A DNA stretch of 64,000 bases from Minisyncoccota bacterium (GCA_040880505.1 JBBDIH010000212.1:22751-86750), one strand, 5' to 3'; counted from the first letter of the stretch, positions 1-9,932 are shown. Notes: generated by a model not told the origin, from the sequence alone. Numbers and translations: made by a program.

Positions 1-459
1 GTAGGAGATTTTATTATTGTTGGGGAAAGCATGGGGACAGTAGAGAGGATTGGTATTAAAACTACCAGAATTCGTGCTCTTCAGGGAGAGGAAATTATAA
101 TGTCTAATACCGACCTTGTCTCAGGAGAGATTCACAACTTTAAACGAATGAGTGATAGAAGAATAGTTTTTGAAGTTGGAGTTGAGTATGATACTCATCA
201 GGATAATTTGGAAAAAATTCCTGAGATAGTTAAGAAATCATTTGAAGGCATAAAAGATGTAAGGTTTGCTAGAGCTCATTTGAAAAAGTTTGGTGATTCT
301 GCTTTTCTTTTTGAGATTGTTTACAATGTTTTAGCAGCTGACTTTGATACTTACATGGATAGAAATCAAGAAATTCTTCTTAATATTAGAAAAGGTTTTC
401 AAAAAGAGGGGATTGAGTTCGCTTTTCCAACTAGAACACTTTATGTAAATAATAAATGA
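1..459 (+). CDS. mechanosensitive ion channel (MscS family), C-terminal part; 5' end lies outside the window
   Basis: The frame is open from nt 1 (VGDFIIVGES...) into ORF 31..459. The C-terminal beta/alpha domain is MscS-like. Confidence 0.7.
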   Translation, partial: VGDFIIVGESMGTVERIGIKTTRIRALQGEEIIMSNTDLVSGEIHNFKRMSDRRIVFEVGVEYDTHQDNLEKIPEIVKKSFEGIKDVRFARAHLKKFGDSAFLFEIVYNVLAADFDTYMDRNQEILLNIRKGFQKEGIEFAFPTRTLYVNNK

Positions 460-2120
460 AGATTTCTAAAATAATAAAAAGTTTAATAGAAGGTGATGTA
501 TATGACGAAGGAGAAGAAATAGAAAAACATAGTGAAGATGCCAGTATTTTTAAAGTGAAACCAGAAGTAGTTGTTTACCCTAAGAATATAGAAGATGTTA
601 AAAAGTTAGTAACTTTTGTAAAAGATAATAAAGATGAAAATAATAATTTTTCTCTTACATTTCGTTCTGCAGGAACTGATATGACAGGGGGACCCTTGAA
701 TGAATCTATTATTTTAAATTTTACAAAATATATAAATAAAGTAGGTGAAGTTAAAGAAGAAAATAACAAGGTTTTTGTAGAATCAGAGCCTGGAGCTTAT
801 TACAGGGATTTTGAAAAAAAGACATTAAAATCAGGATATTTAATGCCTAGCTTTCCAGCCTCAAGAGAAATATGTGCAATAGGAGGAATAGTTTCTAATA
901 ACTCTGGAGGTGAAAAAACCTTGAGCTACGGCAAAACGGAAAAGTATGTAAAAAAAGTTAATATGATTTTATCTGATGGTAATGAATACAGTTTTAAACC
1001 TCTAAACAAAGAAGAGTTAGAGAAAAAAATAAATCAAGAAGATTTTGAGGGTGAAATATATAAAAAAATGTTTTCTTTAATAAAAGAAAACTATGATCTT
1101 TTACAATCTGTAAAACCTAAAGTTTCAAAAAATTCAGCCGGATATACTTTATGGAATGTTTGGGATAAAGAGAATAATATCTTTGATTTAACTAGGCTTT
1201 TTGTGGGTTCTCAAGGAACTTTGGGAGCTTTAACAAAAGCAAAGTTTGAATTAGTAAAACCAAAAGAACATAAAAAACTTTTAGTTATATTCATGAAAGA
1301 CATTAAGTCTTTAGGTTCTTTAGTAAATAAAGTTTTAGAATTTAAACCTGAAAGTTTTGAGTCTTATGATGATAAAACTTTAAAGCTTGTCCTGAAGTAC
1401 TTTTTTAGTTTTGTAAAAATGTTAGGGCTTAAAAATTTAATTAAATTAATTTGGAGTTTTCGCCCTGAAGCAAAAATGACTTTAAAGATAGGTTTTCCAA
1501 AGTTAATTCTTTTAGCTGAGTTTACTGGAGATTCAGAAGAAGAGGTAAATAATCAAGCTAAAAAAACAAGAGAAGCAATAAAGAAATTTAAAGGAGTAGA
1601 GACTCATCTAGTACGTAATGAACTGGAATCAAAAAAATACTGGACCATAAGAAGAGAAACCTTTAATTTAATAAGGCACCACTTAAAAGGAGATGTAAGA
1701 TCAGAGCCATTCATAGAGGATGTTATTGTTTCTCCTGATAATTTACCTGAATTTTTCCCAAGGCTTTATAAAATTTTAGATTCTTATAAAGATAAAATGA
1801 CCTATGCCTTAGGCGGTCATGCAGGAGACGGTAATATCCATATTTATTCTTTAATGAACCCAAAAGATAAAGATACAAAGAAAATTATTAAGGAATGTTC
1901 AGAAAAAGTTTATAATCTTGTGTTAGAGCTTGGTGGTTCAATAACAGCAGAACATAGCGACGGTTTAATACGTTCACCTTATCTTGAAAAAATGTATGGT
2001 AAAGAGGTTATAGAATTATTCAAAAAGACAAAAAATATATTTGATCCTAAGAACATATTCAACCCAGGTAAAAAAGTAAATTCTGATCTTGAGTATTCTT
2101 TAAATCATTTAAAGCAGTAA
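456..2120 (+). CDS. FAD-binding oxidoreductase (FAD-linked oxidase / GlcD-like family)
   Basis: A PCMH-type FAD-binding segment (RSAGTDMTGGPL) is followed by a C-terminal FAD-oxidase domain. Length is 554 aa. Confidence 0.65.
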   Translation: MKISKIIKSLIEGDVYDEGEEIEKHSEDASIFKVKPEVVVYPKNIEDVKKLVTFVKDNKDENNNFSLTFRSAGTDMTGGPLNESIILNFTKYINKVGEVKEENNKVFVESEPGAYYRDFEKKTLKSGYLMPSFPASREICAIGGIVSNNSGGEKTLSYGKTEKYVKKVNMILSDGNEYSFKPLNKEELEKKINQEDFEGEIYKKMFSLIKENYDLLQSVKPKVSKNSAGYTLWNVWDKENNIFDLTRLFVGSQGTLGALTKAKFELVKPKEHKKLLVIFMKDIKSLGSLVNKVLEFKPESFESYDDKTLKLVLKYFFSFVKMLGLKNLIKLIWSFRPEAKMTLKIGFPKLILLAEFTGDSEEEVNNQAKKTREAIKKFKGVETHLVRNELESKKYWTIRRETFNLIRHHLKGDVRSEPFIEDVIVSPDNLPEFFPRLYKILDSYKDKMTYALGGHAGDGNIHIYSLMNPKDKDTKKIIKECSEKVYNLVLELGGSITAEHSDGLIRSPYLEKMYGKEVIELFKKTKNIFDPKNIFNPGKKVNSDLEYSLNHLKQ

Positions 2121-2166
2121 AAACCATTTAATTTGTCATTAAAATTTTATAGGTGTAGAATAAACA

Positions 2167-3441
2167 TTGAATTTATCCATGAGAAAAACAGTAATACTTT
2201 TTATATTTTTAATAATAATTTCAATAGCTTCGGCTTTCTTTATTTATCAACCCGCTTGGGAAGATTTTAGTGATTTTAGACCTTGGAAATTAGGACTAGA
2301 TTTATCTGGAGGTAGTTATTTAGTTTATGACATTGATCTTAGTGAAGTTGATATAGATGACCAGGAAACTGTTATATCTGGTTTAAGAGATGTTATAGAA
2401 AGAAGAGTAAATATATTTGGAGTAAGTGAACCAAAAGTTTATACCCAAGAGACAGATAACGCTAAAAGATTAGTAGTTGAGTTAGCTGGAATTCAGGATG
2501 TTAACCAGGCTATTAATGAGATAGGCGAGACTCCTACACTAGATTTTAGAGAAGCTAGAATTAACGATGAAGGAGAAAGAGAGTTCGTAAGAACAGATCT
2601 TACTGGAAGATATGTCTCTGGAGCTGTTTTAGGTTTTGAACAAACAACAGGCCAACCTTTAATGAGCATAGAATTTAATAACGAAGGAGCTGATATATTT
2701 GAAGAAGTAACTGGTAGAAATATTGGTAATAATCTTTGTATTTTTATAGATGATGAAATAAGAAGCTTTCAAGAAGATTGTCCAGTTGTTCAAGCTAAGA
2801 TAGCTGGTGGAAAAGCGCAAATTACAGGAGACTTTACAATAGAAGAAGCTAAAGAGAATGTTGCAAGATTCAATGCTGGAGCGTTACCCGCACCAATAGA
2901 ACTAGTTAATCAACAAACAGTTAGTTCAAGCTTAGGACAAGATTCTTTGGATAAATCTATTAAAGCAGGAATTTTAGGTTTTATAGTAATTATAATATTT
3001 ATGGTTGCTTATTATAGAAAAATGGGACTTTTTGCAGCTGGAGCATTACTGATGTATGCAGCTCTTTTACTAGGATTATTTAAATTAATTCCTATAACTC
3101 TTACTTTGTCAGGAATCGCTGGTGTTATTCTTTCTATTGGTATGGCTGTTGATGCTAATATTCTTGTTTTTGAAAGAACAAAAGAAGAATTAAAATTAGG
3201 ATCTTCATATGAAGAAGCCGTAGAAGAAGGGTTTAATAGAGCTTGGTCTTCTATTAGAGACTCAAACATAACAACAATAATCAGCTGTGTTATTCTTTAC
3301 TTATTTACAACTAGTTTTGTTAAAGGATTTGCTTTGGCTCTTTTAATAGGTGTTATTTTGAGTATGTTTAGTGCTATTACAATAACCAGAACAATGATGA
3401 GAGTATTTTATAAAAATAAGATCAATGAAAGTAATAAATAA
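2167..3441 (+). CDS. secD: protein translocase subunit SecD
   Basis: It has the LGLDLSGGSYLVYDID periplasmic motif and a C-terminal six-TM bundle. secF follows immediately. Confidence 0.85.
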   Translation: MNLSMRKTVILFIFLIIISIASAFFIYQPAWEDFSDFRPWKLGLDLSGGSYLVYDIDLSEVDIDDQETVISGLRDVIERRVNIFGVSEPKVYTQETDNAKRLVVELAGIQDVNQAINEIGETPTLDFREARINDEGEREFVRTDLTGRYVSGAVLGFEQTTGQPLMSIEFNNEGADIFEEVTGRNIGNNLCIFIDDEIRSFQEDCPVVQAKIAGGKAQITGDFTIEEAKENVARFNAGALPAPIELVNQQTVSSSLGQDSLDKSIKAGILGFIVIIIFMVAYYRKMGLFAAGALLMYAALLLGLFKLIPITLTLSGIAGVILSIGMAVDANILVFERTKEELKLGSSYEEAVEEGFNRAWSSIRDSNITTIISCVILYLFTTSFVKGFALALLIGVILSMFSAITITRTMMRVFYKNKINESNK

Positions 3442-4312
3442 AAGAAAAATATTTTTCGCTGTATCTGGAACTTTAGTTCTACTAAGTTGGATTTTTATTG
3501 GTGTCTTTGGTTTGCAACCAGGAATTGATTTAGCGGGAGGAACAGAATGGAGAGTAGAATTACAAGAACAAGCAGAGCCAACAGAAATAAGCAGATTTAT
3601 TCTTCAAGAATATGGAATAGATGCTACAGCAAGCTCTCTTTCGGATGGCGACACAATAATACGTTTACCAGAAATATCAGAAGAAAGACATCAAGAAATG
3701 AAAGGAGGACTATTAGTAGAGTTTGGTGGATTAAAAGAAAAAAGCTTTAACAGTGTTGGTCCTGTAATTGGTCAGGAACTTAGAAGTAAATCTATGTGGG
3801 CAATATTTTTTGTATTACTTGGAATATCTTTATTTGTTGCTTGGGCATTTAGAAAAGTTTCTAAACCAATAAATTCTTGGAAGTACGGCATAACTACTTT
3901 AATAACTCTAATTCATGATGTTAGTATTCCGACCGGAGTTTTTGCAGTATTGGGTTATTTTCTTGGGGTAGAAGTTGATACTACTATTATAATAGCCTTG
4001 TTAGTTGTTTTAGGTTTTTCAGTAAACGACACTATTGTTGTTTTTGATAGGATTAGAGAAAACCTCCTTATCAACAAAGGCAAGAATAGACCTTTAAGAG
4101 AGATTATTAATGAAAGTGTAAACGAAACATTAATGAGATCTATAAACACCTCATTAACTCTTACATTGGTTTTGGTCTTTTTGTTAATTATGGGGCCTAA
4201 TACATTATTTTACTTTATTCTTACTATCTTAGTAGGAACTATAGTAGGTACATACTCATCGATATTTTTGGCTAGCCCTATGCTTTATTCATGGGGTAAG
4301 AGAAGAGAATAA
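3425..4312 (+). CDS. secF: protein translocase subunit SecF
   Basis: It has an N-terminal TM, a GIDLAGGTEW motif and a C-terminal TM bundle. It overlaps secD by 17 nt. Confidence 0.85.
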   Translation: MKVINKRKIFFAVSGTLVLLSWIFIGVFGLQPGIDLAGGTEWRVELQEQAEPTEISRFILQEYGIDATASSLSDGDTIIRLPEISEERHQEMKGGLLVEFGGLKEKSFNSVGPVIGQELRSKSMWAIFFVLLGISLFVAWAFRKVSKPINSWKYGITTLITLIHDVSIPTGVFAVLGYFLGVEVDTTIIIALLVVLGFSVNDTIVVFDRIRENLLINKGKNRPLREIINESVNETLMRSINTSLTLTLVLVFLLIMGPNTLFYFILTILVGTIVGTYSSIFLASPMLYSWGKRRE

Positions 4313-4358
4313 ATTTGACTAGTATTCTAATAAGTGATATTATTTAAAAAACAAAAAT

Positions 4359-5369
4359 ATGAAAAACATAGATACATCAATAGATAATTTACTTTCAAAT
4401 TTCTCAGAAAAACAAGTAAGAGTTTTGGAGGACAGATTTGGCTTAAATGGCAAAAAATTAACACTTCAAGAGATTGGAGATTACTTTGGTATAACCAGAG
4501 AAAGAGTTAGGCAAATAGAAGCACAAGCCATAAAAGAACTTAAATCAGATTTACAAAAAGAGTTTGATTATTTAATCAAAAGTGCTGATAATTTTTTAGA
4601 AAAATCAGGAGGCGTAAGAGAGGACAATTATTTAATAAATGATCTTATTCATATAAATGAAATTAAACCAACAAAGTATGTAGAAGATAAAATCAGGTTT
4701 ATTTTTCTAGTAGCTAGTAAGCCAATTTTTAATAAAGAAAACAATAACTTTAAAGCTTTTTGGTACAGAAATAAAAAAGACAAAGAAAACTTATTAAAGT
4801 ATGTAAAAAATACAATTAAGTATTTCAGGAAAAAAGATAAAAAGGAAATTTTAGATGATAAAGTTCATCTAGACGAACTTGATAGTTTTAAGTCTCATAA
4901 TTATCTTTCTATATCTAAAAAGTTTGGCACAAATGTGTTTGGAGATTTTGGATTAAAGGATTGGCCAGAAATAGAACCAAAAGTAGTAAGAGACAAAGCT
5001 TATCTAGTTTTAAAAAAGAAAGAAAAACCTCTTCATTTCAGAGAGATAGCAAAATCAATTAATGATTTAGGCTTAGATAAAAAGAAAATGCACGTTCAAA
5101 CTGTTCATAATGAAGTTATAAAAGATAATAGATTTATTTTAGTAGGACGTGGAACTTATTATCTAAAGGATTCAGATTATGAAGGAGGAACCGTAAAAGA
5201 TGTTATTAATAAAATACTTAAACAAAAAGGCCCTCTAACTCAAAAAGAGGTAGTAGAACTAGTTAATAAGAAAAAGATTCTAAAGGAAAACACTATAATG
5301 TTAAACCTTCAGAATAAAAAACATTTTAAACGTCTTGATGACGGTAAGTACGATATAAAAGTTTCTTAG
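4359..5369 (+). CDS. DNA-binding protein with N-terminal sigma-70 region 4 HTH and C-terminal HARE-HTH domain
   Basis: LTLQEIGDYFGITRERVRQIEAQAIKELK matches the sigma-70 region 4 signature. PLHFREIAKSI...RFILVGRGTYYLKD matches the HARE-HTH found in RNA polymerase delta subunits. Confidence 0.55.
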   Translation: MKNIDTSIDNLLSNFSEKQVRVLEDRFGLNGKKLTLQEIGDYFGITRERVRQIEAQAIKELKSDLQKEFDYLIKSADNFLEKSGGVREDNYLINDLIHINEIKPTKYVEDKIRFIFLVASKPIFNKENNNFKAFWYRNKKDKENLLKYVKNTIKYFRKKDKKEILDDKVHLDELDSFKSHNYLSISKKFGTNVFGDFGLKDWPEIEPKVVRDKAYLVLKKKEKPLHFREIAKSINDLGLDKKKMHVQTVHNEVIKDNRFILVGRGTYYLKDSDYEGGTVKDVINKILKQKGPLTQKEVVELVNKKKILKENTIMLNLQNKKHFKRLDDGKYDIKVS

Positions 5370-5379
5370 TTTAATTTTT

Positions 5380-5405
5380 AAAAAGGCGTTGCAACGCCTT
5401 TTTAA
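5380..5405 (+). terminator. intrinsic terminator hairpin GGCGTTGCAACGCC followed by a T-run
   Basis: A perfect GC palindrome is flanked by an A-run upstream and TTTTT downstream, 10 nt after the stop at 5369. Confidence 0.55.
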
Positions 5406-5426
5406 ATACCTCCATTTTAGGGTATA

Positions 5427-6701
5427 TTGAAAATAATGGTTACTGAATTTATAAATTTTACTGAATCGGTGCTTTTAGCATACTGGTGGTTAATAATACC
5501 TCCATTTTTAATTCTTTTATTAGCTGATCTTTGGCTTTTTTATAAAAGAGAAGAGTATAAGAGGGGAATAGAATGGAACTTAATAGAAATAAGCATACCC
5601 AAAGAAATTGAAAAAACTCCAAAAGCTATGGAGCAGATATTTACTTCTGTCCAAGCTAGTTATTCTTTTGGTGTAAGATTTGTTGATAAATGGTTTAAAG
5701 GAAAGATAGAAGGTTGGATGTCATTTGAAATAGTTGGTAGAGCTGGAAGAATTCATTTTTATGTAAGAATGCCTAAAAATTACAGGAACATGATTGAGTC
5801 TGCTGTTTATAGTCAGTATCCAGAAGCAGAAATAAATTTGATTTCTGAAGAAGAGGATTATGTTAAATCTTTTCCTCAAGACGTTCCCGATGGTGAGTAT
5901 GATATTTTTGGCACTGATATAGTTTTAGCAAGAGATGATGCTTACCCAATTAGAACTTATGAATACTTTGAACACCCTGTAAAAGAAGAAAAAAGAATAG
6001 ATCCAATAGCCAGCATGATGGAGATAATGAATAAACTAAAATCATATGAAACTATTTGGCTTCAATTATTGATTAGACCAAATGATGGTAGTTGGGTTAA
6101 AAGAGCCGAGGAACTAATAGGAGAATTAAGGGGAGAGAAGAAGAAAAGTAATAACCCCTTTGCTTTTATAGGTACTATATTTAAAGATTTAGCAGAGTTC
6201 TTAAGTAATTTATTAGTAGCTCCATTCAGGGCTCCTGTATGGGATGATGGGTCTGATAAGAAAGAAGAAAAAAGTAATAATTCAAATAAAAATAGAAAAA
6301 AGATAGAAGCAATAGAAGAAAAAATATCTAAAACTGGTTTTGATACTTGCTTGAGATTTTTATATATAGATAGAAAAGATGATTTTACTAGCTCTAATAT
6401 AAGTGGAGTTATGGGAGCTCTTCAACAATTTAATATTCCTGATCTTAATTCTTTGAGACCAAATTTAGCAACTATGACTATAGCAAGACAACCTTTTAAA
6501 AAAAGAAAAATAATTCGCAAGAAAAGGCAATTATTTGCTTTTGCGAGAGTTAGAGAGTTTCCAAGAAAATTTTCTGTTTTTAATGTTGAAGAATTAGCTA
6601 CTCTTTACCATTTCCCAATAGGAGGAGTAAAATCACCTATACTTAGAAGAGTTACAAATAAAAAAGGTGGACCACCAGTTGATTTACCAATAGATGAATA
6701 A
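5427..6701 (+). CDS. hypothetical membrane protein (2 N-terminal TM helices plus large soluble domain), partner of downstream ATPase
   Basis: The N-terminus is hydrophobic (LLAYWWLIIPPFLILLLADLWLF). No family was recognised. The 3' end overlaps the next ORF by 8 nt. The start may be TTG at 5427 or ATG at 5436. Confidence 0.45.
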   Translation: MKIMVTEFINFTESVLLAYWWLIIPPFLILLLADLWLFYKREEYKRGIEWNLIEISIPKEIEKTPKAMEQIFTSVQASYSFGVRFVDKWFKGKIEGWMSFEIVGRAGRIHFYVRMPKNYRNMIESAVYSQYPEAEINLISEEEDYVKSFPQDVPDGEYDIFGTDIVLARDDAYPIRTYEYFEHPVKEEKRIDPIASMMEIMNKLKSYETIWLQLLIRPNDGSWVKRAEELIGELRGEKKKSNNPFAFIGTIFKDLAEFLSNLLVAPFRAPVWDDGSDKKEEKSNNSNKNRKKIEAIEEKISKTGFDTCLRFLYIDRKDDFTSSNISGVMGALQQFNIPDLNSLRPNLATMTIARQPFKKRKIIRKKRQLFAFARVREFPRKFSVFNVEELATLYHFPIGGVKSPILRRVTNKKGGPPVDLPIDE

Positions 6702-8181
6702 TTTTATGAAAAAAGAAATTACACCAATAGGAAAAACTAATTTTAGAGACGAACAAAAAAGGTTCGGTATTAAAGTTGATGATAGAAGACGCCATATCTA
6801 CATAGTTGGTAAAACTGGAGTAGGAAAGTCTACTCTTATAGAAAATATGGCTATATCTGACATAGAACAGGGTAGAGGCGTAGGAATAATTGATCCTCAT
6901 GGAGAACTAGCTGAAAAACTTCTTGAATTTATACCAGAAGAAAGACTTGAAGATGTTATTTACTTTGATCCATCAGACACTAACCATCCAATGGCTTTTA
7001 ATCCTTTAGAGCAGGTCAGTGGAGAACTTCGTCATTTAATTGCCTCTAGCATGATGGGTGTTTTCAAAAAGATTTGGCCAGATGTATGGTCAGCAAGAAT
7101 GGAGTATATTTTAAACAATACTTTATTAGCTTTACTTGAGTATCCTGGAGCAACTTTAGTTGGAATTCTGAGAATGTTTTCTGATAAAGAATATAGAAAA
7201 AAGGTAGTTGAAGGATTAGAAGATCCAGTAGTAAAACATTTTTGGGCAAATGAATTTGCTAGTTATTCTCAAAGATATCAAGTAGAAGCCGTAGGAGCTA
7301 TCCAAAATAAAGTTGGACAATTTGTAACTAATCCTTTAATTAGAAATATTTTAGGACAACCTAGATCATCTATAGATATGAAAAAAATAATGGATGAAGA
7401 AAAGATATTAATTGTTAATCTATCTAAAGGAAAGATAGGAGAAGATAACGCTTCTTTATTAGGAGCTATGATGGTTACTAGACTACAACTTGCTGCCATG
7501 TCTAGAGCAAAAGATTTAGATAAAGATTATAAAGATTTTTATCTTTATGTTGATGAATTTCAGAATTTTGCCACTGATTCTTTTGCCACTATTCTTTCTG
7601 AAGCAAGAAAATATAGACTTAGTCTTACCTTAGCTCATCAGTATATAAGCCAACTTGTAAGTGATGGAAATACAAAAGTTAGAGATGCTATTTTTGGTAA
7701 CGTGGGAACATTAGTTAGTTTTAGAATAGGTGCAAATGATGCTGAATTTTTAGAAAAAGAGTTTTCTCCAGAGTATGATGAAAACGACCTAGTTAACCTT
7801 CCTAAATTTCATATTCTTATAAAATTAATGATAGATGGTGTAGCCTCAAAACCTTTTTCTGCTGCAACTTTAGAACCAAGAGAGCCTTTATCAGAAGCTT
7901 CTGATAAAGAAACAATAATTGAATATTCAAGAAAAAAATATGCTTCTAGAAAAGACCATGTTGAAAGAGGCCTAAGAAAAGAATGGATTAATGATGATGC
8001 GGTAGATCAGAAAAAAATTAGTAAAAAGGAAGAGTCATTAGAAAAAGCTCTTTCAAAACCAGAACCTCCGAAAACAAAAAAAGACAAACACAAAAATAAG
8101 TCCAATGTTGATATAGGTGGATTAAAAAACCTTATAGAAGACGCTTTAAAAGAGGCATCTAAAGACGATTCTGAAGATTAA
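6694..8181 (+). CDS. P-loop ATPase of the FtsK/HerA/TraD-VirD4 (type IV coupling protein-like) superfamily
   Basis: Walker A VGKTGVGKST is followed by IIDPHGE. Walker B is LYVDEFQNF. RKYRLSLTLAHQYISQL resembles the TraD/TraG C-terminal region. The tail is Lys-rich. Confidence 0.6.
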   Translation: MNNFMKKEITPIGKTNFRDEQKRFGIKVDDRRRHIYIVGKTGVGKSTLIENMAISDIEQGRGVGIIDPHGELAEKLLEFIPEERLEDVIYFDPSDTNHPMAFNPLEQVSGELRHLIASSMMGVFKKIWPDVWSARMEYILNNTLLALLEYPGATLVGILRMFSDKEYRKKVVEGLEDPVVKHFWANEFASYSQRYQVEAVGAIQNKVGQFVTNPLIRNILGQPRSSIDMKKIMDEEKILIVNLSKGKIGEDNASLLGAMMVTRLQLAAMSRAKDLDKDYKDFYLYVDEFQNFATDSFATILSEARKYRLSLTLAHQYISQLVSDGNTKVRDAIFGNVGTLVSFRIGANDAEFLEKEFSPEYDENDLVNLPKFHILIKLMIDGVASKPFSAATLEPREPLSEASDKETIIEYSRKKYASRKDHVERGLRKEWINDDAVDQKKISKKEESLEKALSKPEPPKTKKDKHKNKSNVDIGGLKNLIEDALKEASKDDSED

Positions 8182-8747
8182 TTTTTATTAACTCTCTCAG
8201 CGTACTCTCCTTTTTGTGTATTAACTTTTACAGTGTCTCCTCTTTCTATAAATAGAGGAGCGTTTATTTTTAGTCCTGTTTCTAGTTTTATTTGCTTAGT
8301 TCCACCATCAGTTGTGTTTCCTTTTATGTTTGGTGGAGCTTCTGTAACCAATAAATCTACTTTTACTGGCAGTTCTATATTTATTATCTCGTTTTTAAAT
8401 TCTATTGCTGTTAATTTAATGCCTTCTTTTAGATAATATTTATCTTCTTTTATTATTTCTTCATTAATACTAAATCTTTTACTAGGATTTTTTGGATCTT
8501 TAAACCAGTATTCGCCTCTATTTTCATATATAAATTCCGCAGGAATTTTTTCAATATTTGCATCTTCAAAATTTTCATTTTGACGAGCTGTGTAATCAAT
8601 AACCTTACCTGATATTAAATTTTTTATTTTTAATTGAACAACGGGTTTACCACGTTGTTTTTTTACGTGTAAATAATCTAAGACAGCATAAGGATTTCCA
8701 TCTTTTATAAACTCTATACCTGGTTTTAAATCGTTATATGAAAGCAT
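8178..8747 (-). CDS. efp: elongation factor P
   Basis: It has the three-domain EF-P layout with a KGNTTDGGTK loop. Length is 189 aa. Confidence 0.9.
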   Translation of the reverse strand: MLSYNDLKPGIEFIKDGNPYAVLDYLHVKKQRGKPVVQLKIKNLISGKVIDYTARQNENFEDANIEKIPAEFIYENRGEYWFKDPKNPSKRFSINEEIIKEDKYYLKEGIKLTAIEFKNEIINIELPVKVDLLVTEAPPNIKGNTTDGGTKQIKLETGLKINAPLFIERGDTVKVNTQKGEYAERVNKN

Positions 8748-8791
8748 TTTGCTTGATTAGTAATTTAGTATTAACTATTCTAGAAAATATC

Positions 8792-9889
8792 ATGTTAGTA
8801 AACAAGGACAAAAACAAAAAAAAAGTATTTGTAGGAATGAGTGGAGGAGTAGATTCTAGTGTTACTGCGCTGCTTTTAAAAAAAGAAGGTTATGATGTAA
8901 CCGGAGTTTTCATGCGTTGCTATAACATTGATGGTTGTGCAGAACGTGATGCAGAGGATGCAAGAAGAGTAGCTGAAAAACTAGAAATACCTTTTTATGT
9001 CTTTGATTTTGAAGAAAGTTATAAAGAGAAAGTTGTTCAGTACATGGTAGAAGGTTACGAGAAAGGTATAACTCCAAATCCTGATGTAGCTTGTAATAGA
9101 GAGATAAAATTTGGTTTGTTTTTAGATCATGCTTTGAAATTAGGAGCAGATTATATTGCTACAGGACATTATGTAATTTTAAAAAAAGAAGATGATAAAT
9201 TTAATCTTTATCAGGGAAAAGACAAAAACAAAGATCAAAGTTATTTTTTATGGACTTTAACACAAGATGACTTAAAACATTCTTTATTTCCAATAGGAGA
9301 ATATCAGAAATCAGAAGTTAGAAATATTGCTAGAGAAAATGAAATACCTGTTGCTGATAAAAAGGATTCTCAAGGGATATGTTTTTTAGGAGATGTTTCT
9401 ATTGTGGATTTCTTAAGCGATTATATTCCTAAAAAAACGGGAGATGTACTGGATACAAAAGGTAATAAAATTGGTAGCCATGAAGGAGCTGAATTTTACA
9501 CTATAGGTCAAAGACATGGACTTGATTTAGCGGAGAAAAATAAAAATTTAAAAATAAAAGGCAACGTAAAAACAAAGCCTCATTATGTAGTAGAAAAAAA
9601 TGTTAAATCCAATGTTATTACAGTTGCTGAAGGCAAAGACAACCCAGCTTTATTTAAAGATAATGTTAATTTATTTGATGTAAATTCTATATCAAATAAC
9701 CCGATAAATGATATAGAAGTAATGGCAAAAATAAGATATAGACAACCTACCTTTAGAGCTAAATTAAAGAAAGAGGGCAGTGAATTTAAACTTATTTTCA
9801 AGGAGCCTCAAAAATTTATTGCTCCTGGTCAATCTGCAGTTTTATATGATAAAAATGAGAAAATGATAGGTGGTGGAGTAATAAAATAA
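8792..9889 (+). CDS. mnmA: tRNA-specific 2-thiouridylase MnmA
   Basis: VFVGMSGGVDSSV is the PP-loop motif. The start was moved to the ATG at 8792 (MLVNKDK), because the ORF-track start overlaps the divergent efp start. Confidence 0.85.
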   Translation: MLVNKDKNKKKVFVGMSGGVDSSVTALLLKKEGYDVTGVFMRCYNIDGCAERDAEDARRVAEKLEIPFYVFDFEESYKEKVVQYMVEGYEKGITPNPDVACNREIKFGLFLDHALKLGADYIATGHYVILKKEDDKFNLYQGKDKNKDQSYFLWTLTQDDLKHSLFPIGEYQKSEVRNIARENEIPVADKKDSQGICFLGDVSIVDFLSDYIPKKTGDVLDTKGNKIGSHEGAEFYTIGQRHGLDLAEKNKNLKIKGNVKTKPHYVVEKNVKSNVITVAEGKDNPALFKDNVNLFDVNSISNNPINDIEVMAKIRYRQPTFRAKLKKEGSEFKLIFKEPQKFIAPGQSAVLYDKNEKMIGGGVIK

Positions 9890-9895
9890 ACAATA

Positions 9896-9922
9896 CGCCA
9901 TAACCTGGCGCATTGTTTATTT
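9896..9922 (+). terminator. weak hairpin CGCCA-TAACC-TGGCG plus T-rich tail after mnmA
   Basis: A 5-bp GC stem is followed by TTGTTTATTT. Confidence 0.35.
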
Positions 9923-9932
9923 AGTCTTACTA

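Noticed and set aside
575-769. Small antisense ORFs overlapping well-supported genes (for example 575..769, 3012..3269, 3955..4149, 6652..6900, 7064..7499, 9583..9801, 11127..11381, 15202..15405, 18312..18518, 20393..20626, 21703..22121, 22681..22965, 24330..24542, 26020..26253, 27227..27809, 30086..30827, 32887..33165, 33899..34177, 34814..35017, 37826..38026, 41076..41309, 42154..42339, 43905..44126, 51625..51864, 52273..53042, 54280..54832, 55645..55830, 56244..56510, 56739..56939, 58959..59159, 59991..60620, 60947..61828, 62553..63704)
   Set aside because: They lie entirely within or opposite strongly recognisable housekeeping genes, have low-complexity compositions typical of AT-rich antisense frames, and show no family resemblance.
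3547-3750. Arg-rich 67-aa ORF inside secF in another frame
   Set aside because: It is an alternative-frame artefact inside a conserved gene.
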